The notes under the pieces were generated by a model that saw nothing but the letters and a program-made list of their open reading frames with translations, had not been told where the DNA came from and did not search any database. This document shows positions 57,001 to 63,000 of a stretch of DNA of 64,000 nt, in pieces (positions within the stretch are counted from its first letter, which is position 1; each line of letters starts with the position of its first letter). The stretch is from positions 18,734 to 82,733 of the forward strand of contig CAYSSX010000007.1 in NCBI GenBank assembly GCA_964434115.1. The letters are read 5' to 3'. Source of the stretch: an uncultured bacterium (GTDB lineage: Bacteria; Omnitrophota; Omnitrophia; Omnitrophales; Aquincolibacteriaceae). A program made the position numbers and the translations under genes.

Positions 57001-60000
57001 ACCTGGGCGTCCCGCTGGTTCTTCAGAGCCAGTATGCCTATCAAATGACTTATGACCCGGTACTTGGGAGGCTCACGGTTAATAAAGCCCCGAGCAAGAA
57101 GGGTACGATCAATGTCGATGGAGACGACTACCGCTGGGTTTACGCGGAATACACGGAAAACAGCGTGAACAAATACATTTTCAAGATGGAAAAGAATGAC
57201 GGCACAAATGTTTACAAGGTGTCGGGCAACAGGCCCGCTCCTGCCTCTTTTGGTACAACGTACACGATCGGTAGTGTGACGTATACCGTTGCCTATGATG
57301 TGAATCTGGCCAAAGTGTCTCTCAGTTCGCCGGATGCCTGGGGCGACATCACGGGCCCTGACAGCAAAGTTTACCGCTGGACCTACAGCTTCAACAGCCA
57401 GGCCTCGACATGGACCTTCAATATTAAGAACGATCAGCAGCAGACCATTTACTCGGACAACGGTACAGGCAGCGGGAATCTGACTCTGCAGGAACATTTC
57501 ATTGTCGGCAACAAGGCCTTTGACATCAGCTTTGATACAACCACCCGCAATGTGACCTACACGCCTACGGGCAAAACAAAAACTTTCATGATCAACGGCA
57601 AGAATGTTGAGTACACCTATGTGACCTGGACCAAGAGCAGTACTAATTACTGGGCTTTTGTGATGAGCGAAACGGACGGGACGAATGTTTATCTGAAGCA
57701 GACGGGAACAGGCAACCCGCCGGCCAAGTTCTCGCCGCTTTATGTGGTGGGCGGAAAAGCCTACAAGGTGGGATTTGATCCTTTGACTGGAGCCAACGGC
57801 CGCATGCTCTTTGATTCGCTGAATGCGGACGGCACGATTTTGATCAACAGCCAGAACTACAACTGGTCCTACGACAACGTGGATGGCGGCAATGCCGGAA
57901 CGTTTACCCTGAAGATCGGACCGACGGTGATGTACACGTTGAGCGGGCTCTCTCATCCGCCGGTTCTGAACGTGCCTTTCTTTACGAATGGGGATGGCTA
58001 TGCGCTGACGTTCAATGCCGCGACCAACACGCTGCAGGCCCAGCGCACCGGTACGGTCGGAACCTTTACCCAGCAGAGCCAGAACTTTAAATGGAGCGTG
58101 AACACCTGGACTGTGAACAGCACGAATTACTGGAGACTGATGATCCAGAAAATAGACGGCTCGAATGTTTATGATCAGCAGGGGACAGGAACTCTTCCGA
58201 CCAATTTCAGCGGTCTTTATACGATCGGCACTTCGTATTACGAAATTCTTTACAACGCGGGCCAGAAAAAACTCACGCTGCATCCGACCGCTTTGACCGG
58301 CAGCTACACCGTGGACAGCAAACAGTATGACTGGAGATACGATACGCCCGGCGGCAACAGCTGGCTGCTCGAAATCAAAGATCATACAACGCTCGCCGTG
58401 GTTTACACCAAGACCGGAGCGGGAACCACGCCCAGCTTCACGGACCCGGTCATTCACGGAGTGAAGAGCTACACGCTGAACATCCAGGACCGCATTCCGG
58501 GCCAGCCGATGAAGGACCTTGTGCTCACGTCCGCAGGCAAAACTGGTACCTTTACCGGGCCTGCGTCTCAAAATTATGAATGGACTTTTGTCACCTTCCA
58601 GACCGGCACAAAATGGCGCCTGGTGCTCCGCCGGACGGACGGCTCGAATGTGTATGACAAGACAGGCGATATGCCGCTCAGCGCGACATTGAACGGGCTT
58701 TACAACATGAACAGCATTTTTTACGCGGTGGATTACGACACGGCCTTGAACAAAATCCGTCTTTCAGAAGCCACCCAGTCCGGCAGCCTGACCGGACCGG
58801 ATGCCAAGACCTACAATTGGAATTACGCCTATGACGGCGCGAATTACACGTTCAGCCTCGCGGAGCAGGGCGGCGCCAATCCTTACAGCCGTTCCGGCGC
58901 GGGATCAGTCCCCGTGTTGTCAGGCACTTACACGATGGGCGACACCCTTTACACCCTGGGCTTTGACCGCAAGCTCCAGAAACTTACGATGACAGTCACG
59001 GGCGACCCGATTCAGGGCGCGACCACCCGCACGCTGACCCAGTCCGCGGGAACAACGCCGACTTACACGGGAACCACGGCCACGGGCACCAGTGCGGCCG
59101 ATTTCTCCAGCACCGGTGCAGCGGCGCAGCACGCGGGTGTGACCTCTGAAGGACAAAAACTGCCGGTTCTTGTTTCCCAAACCAACATTGAGAGCCTGAA
59201 CCAGAACATCCCGTATGACTCCACGGGTGCGGATACATCGGCGCCTGTTATTAACAGTGATATTGTCCCGCCGTTCATTTCTTCCACCGGCGCCAAACTC
59301 CGCGACAATAACACGACGGTCGACGGCACCGCTCTTGGCGGAAATAAATATGAAGCGCATTTCACGGCACAGGACGGAAAAGATTACATCTGGACTTATC
59401 AAGAAGGTGTTTTCAACCCCATGACTGAGGAGTCCACGCCCACGACGCTGGACATTATCTCCGTCACGACCGGCTTGTCGGTTTACAGCGCGTCGGTGGA
59501 CGGTTACATGGCGAGCAACATGCCGACCTGGTTTTTGAAGGACGCGGCGGATCATCCTTACTATGCCTACGACTTCCAGTACGCAACGGGCGGCCACTTG
59601 ACCTTCAAGCCTGTGGAACGCGTGCTTGGCAGTTTCCAGGCAGGCGAGCCGCTGGAAACCTTCCAAACCATTTACTTCACTTATGAAGTGCCCGGCCAGT
59701 ACGGCTATAGCACCACGCATTGGGCGTACACGATCCGCAAGGCGGACGGCTCCACGGCTTTCTTTGATACGGGGACGGTCGATGGCGGCATGCATGGTGA
59801 CGAGGGCGGGGATACGGACAATATTTTGATGGCAGGGGTTTTCACGGCCAGCAGCAAAACCTACAAGGTCAATTACAACAAAGTGAATTTCAAGAGCCTC
59901 CTGAAACCTGAAACTCTTGCCGGAGCGTTTGCCGGTGAAGACGGTGCGAATTACACCTGGACGCTGGCGGAAGTCCATCAGCAGTATCAGACCACGACCT

Positions 60001-63000
60001 GGACACTGGTCATTAAGGACAGCTCGAACAACGAAGTTTACCGCTATGAATCCCAGGCTGAGACGCCTGATTTCCAGAAGCCGCTTGTACTGAAAGACGG
60101 CCGCTTGTACCGCTTGACCTATGACGCGGCGCTGGGCCGTTTGACCCTGACACCCGCGGGACAGACAGGCACCATCACGACCGCTTCGGAGGGCTCCTAC
60201 CGCTGGTCGTTCCTGAAGTACACAATCCAGGGTATGTACGGCCTGCAGACAAAATACATTTTCACGGTGCGCAAGACGGACGGCACCAATGTCTACACGC
60301 AGACCGATGAAGACAATTGGATGGAAGGTTCGGAAGTTCCGGAATTCTTCACCCCGGCCTACACGATTGGTTCCGTGATTTACAAGGTGGGTTATAACGA
60401 GACGGATAAGAAATTGAATCTCGTACCGTCCTCGCACGCCGGAACGTTCACGGATCCTTTTGGAACTGTTTACCAATGGGAATTCTCAAAGGTCAATCTT
60501 TACCGCGGCTGGCCGCAGAACCGTTACGAAGATCAATGGACGCTGAAATTCAAGACGGGCGGCACGGAAGTTTATAACAAATCGGGCTGGGTCACGGACG
60601 GCCTCCCGAATCCCGCGGAACCGTTTATGGTGCGTACCCGCGCGTTCTCGGTTTCTTACAATGAAGCGGATGGAACGCTGACGCTGGCCCCGGCCGGACC
60701 CACCAAGACCTTCAAGGGCTCTGACAATGCCGACTATGAATGGTTCTTTGTCTCCTGGCTGGATAGCGGGACAACAAAATGGAAATTCATGATGAGCCGC
60801 ACCGACGGCTCCAATGCCTACACCAAGAACGGCGACGGTACGCCTCCGGCCCGTTTCGATGACCTGTTCCGCATGGGCGCAAACCCGTATGTGGTGCTGT
60901 ATGACAAGAATCTGAACCGCCTGACTTTGACGCCTCCCGGAACCGTGGGGGATTTTGAAGGCCCTGACGGAAAGAAGTACCGCTGGACCTTTGACAACCC
61001 GACGGGCAATGCCTGGTCGTTCCGTCTTGAGCGCGAAGACGGCCAGAATGTCTACACCAAGACCGGCACTGGAATTGTCCCGTCGTTTGTGACGCCTTAC
61101 TTCATGGGCGCGCGCGCTTACTCGATTACCTATAACCCGAACACCTATGACCTTCGTTTCAACACGATGGGAACCGCGGGCACGTTCCGCGGTCCGTTCA
61201 CGCTTACAGGCCCGGATGACTATGAGTGGACCTACGCGAGCTGGACTGAAAATTCCCAGACCAAGTGGCAGTTTGTGATTGAGAAGAAAGACGGCACCGG
61301 CAACTACGTGCAGTCCGGCACCGGCACAACGCTTCCGGATCCGTTCACAACCCGTTACGCGTTTAACGGCAGCACCTACACCGTAAGCTTCAATAAAACC
61401 ACCGGGGCGCTTGTTCTCAAAGCCACGGCCATCAGCGGTTCTTACACCTCTCAGGGCAATATGTACAACTGGGTGTATGACAACCCCACGGGCAACAAGT
61501 GGTCCATCAAGATTGACCGTCCGAATACGGAAACCGCCCTTGATCCCGCGGGCCGCATCGGTCTTGGCTCTGCGGTGAATCCCACGGCCGGGAATGAAAT
61601 CGGCAATGACCAGCCGTTCGAAATTTATGTCGTGGAACAAGGCTATGACACGGTCACCCGCAAATGGTTTGTCCGTTATGGATTCCGCGGGGGCCCGAGC
61701 TATTCAAGCGGTGAAGGCGGCCAGTCCTGGTACTACAACAACGTGTACATCAATGGCCAGCTGATCGGAAAAATGTACCGCTACAACGGCTTCCGTCTTG
61801 AATTCACTGAGCCTGTGGGCGATGTGCAGGTCACCGCGCAGCCCGTGAACTGGAACGGCGACACGGTTGGCAATCAGGGCAGCTACCGTTCAGCGCCGAA
61901 CACGGTCCGCTTGTGGCCGCCGGTTTACTACGCGGAAGGTTATGGCGCAACCCCGAACCTTGACAGCCTGATCGCTCATGGCTTTGACCTTTACTTGCCG
62001 GTGTTTAACGTCGGTCTCAAAAAACTCACGCTCGACAGCACGGGCCAGACAGGAACCTTCACAGGTCCTGACGGCAATTACCAGTGGGCCTACTCGCGCT
62101 ACATGGAAAGCGGATCCTGGCAGTGGCGTTTCATGATCAAGAAATCTGACGGCACGGTGGTTCATCAGGTCCGCGGCACCAACACACCGCCCGCGACGCT
62201 GGCCACGATCTATAAAATCCAGGGTGTTGATTACGCGATTGATTTTAACCCCACGACCAAACAGATCATGATGGCCAAGGCCCTGCAGAGCGGTACCTTC
62301 ACGGAAGGCTCAAAGACCTTTACCTGGAATTACTCGTTTGACGGAAATGCCTGGACGTTCAAGATTCTGAATGACGCGAGCGCCGTGGTTTACACCCGCA
62401 GCGGCACGGGCACAGCCCAGCCTGACCTGAGCGAACCGGTGGTTTTTGGAGCGCGCGCCTACACGCTTGGCTTGAACCGCGCCACTAACCGTTTGACTTT
62501 GACACCGGCCGGAACCGGCAACACCTTCACAGGTCCGGACAGCAAGTCTTATCAATGGGTGTATATCTCTTATATGGATGGCGGCTGGACGCGCTGGAAG
62601 TTCGCGATGATCGGAACCGACGGACAGAACGCGTATCTTGAAACCGGCAATTATTCAGTGCCCGCGCATTTCACCAAGACGTTCACCATGGGCGGTATTG
62701 AGTATGTGGTTTCCTACAATGACACCACCAAGAAAATCACCTTTGAACATTACGCGATTGTGGGAACTTTCACGGGGCCCGGCGGCAAGACCTACAGCTG
62801 GAGCTACTCCAACCCGAGCGGTTCTTCCTGGACCTACGACATTCTGGATTCCGACGCGAAACGCATTTACCGCGCCACGGGTTATGGCGCTTCCCCGGCA
62901 TTCTCAACGCCGGTTTACCTCGGCGACGTTTTCCCGTACACCATTGCCTATGACGCGGGCCTCCGGAAAACAACCCTGACACCTGCCGGCATTCTGGGAC

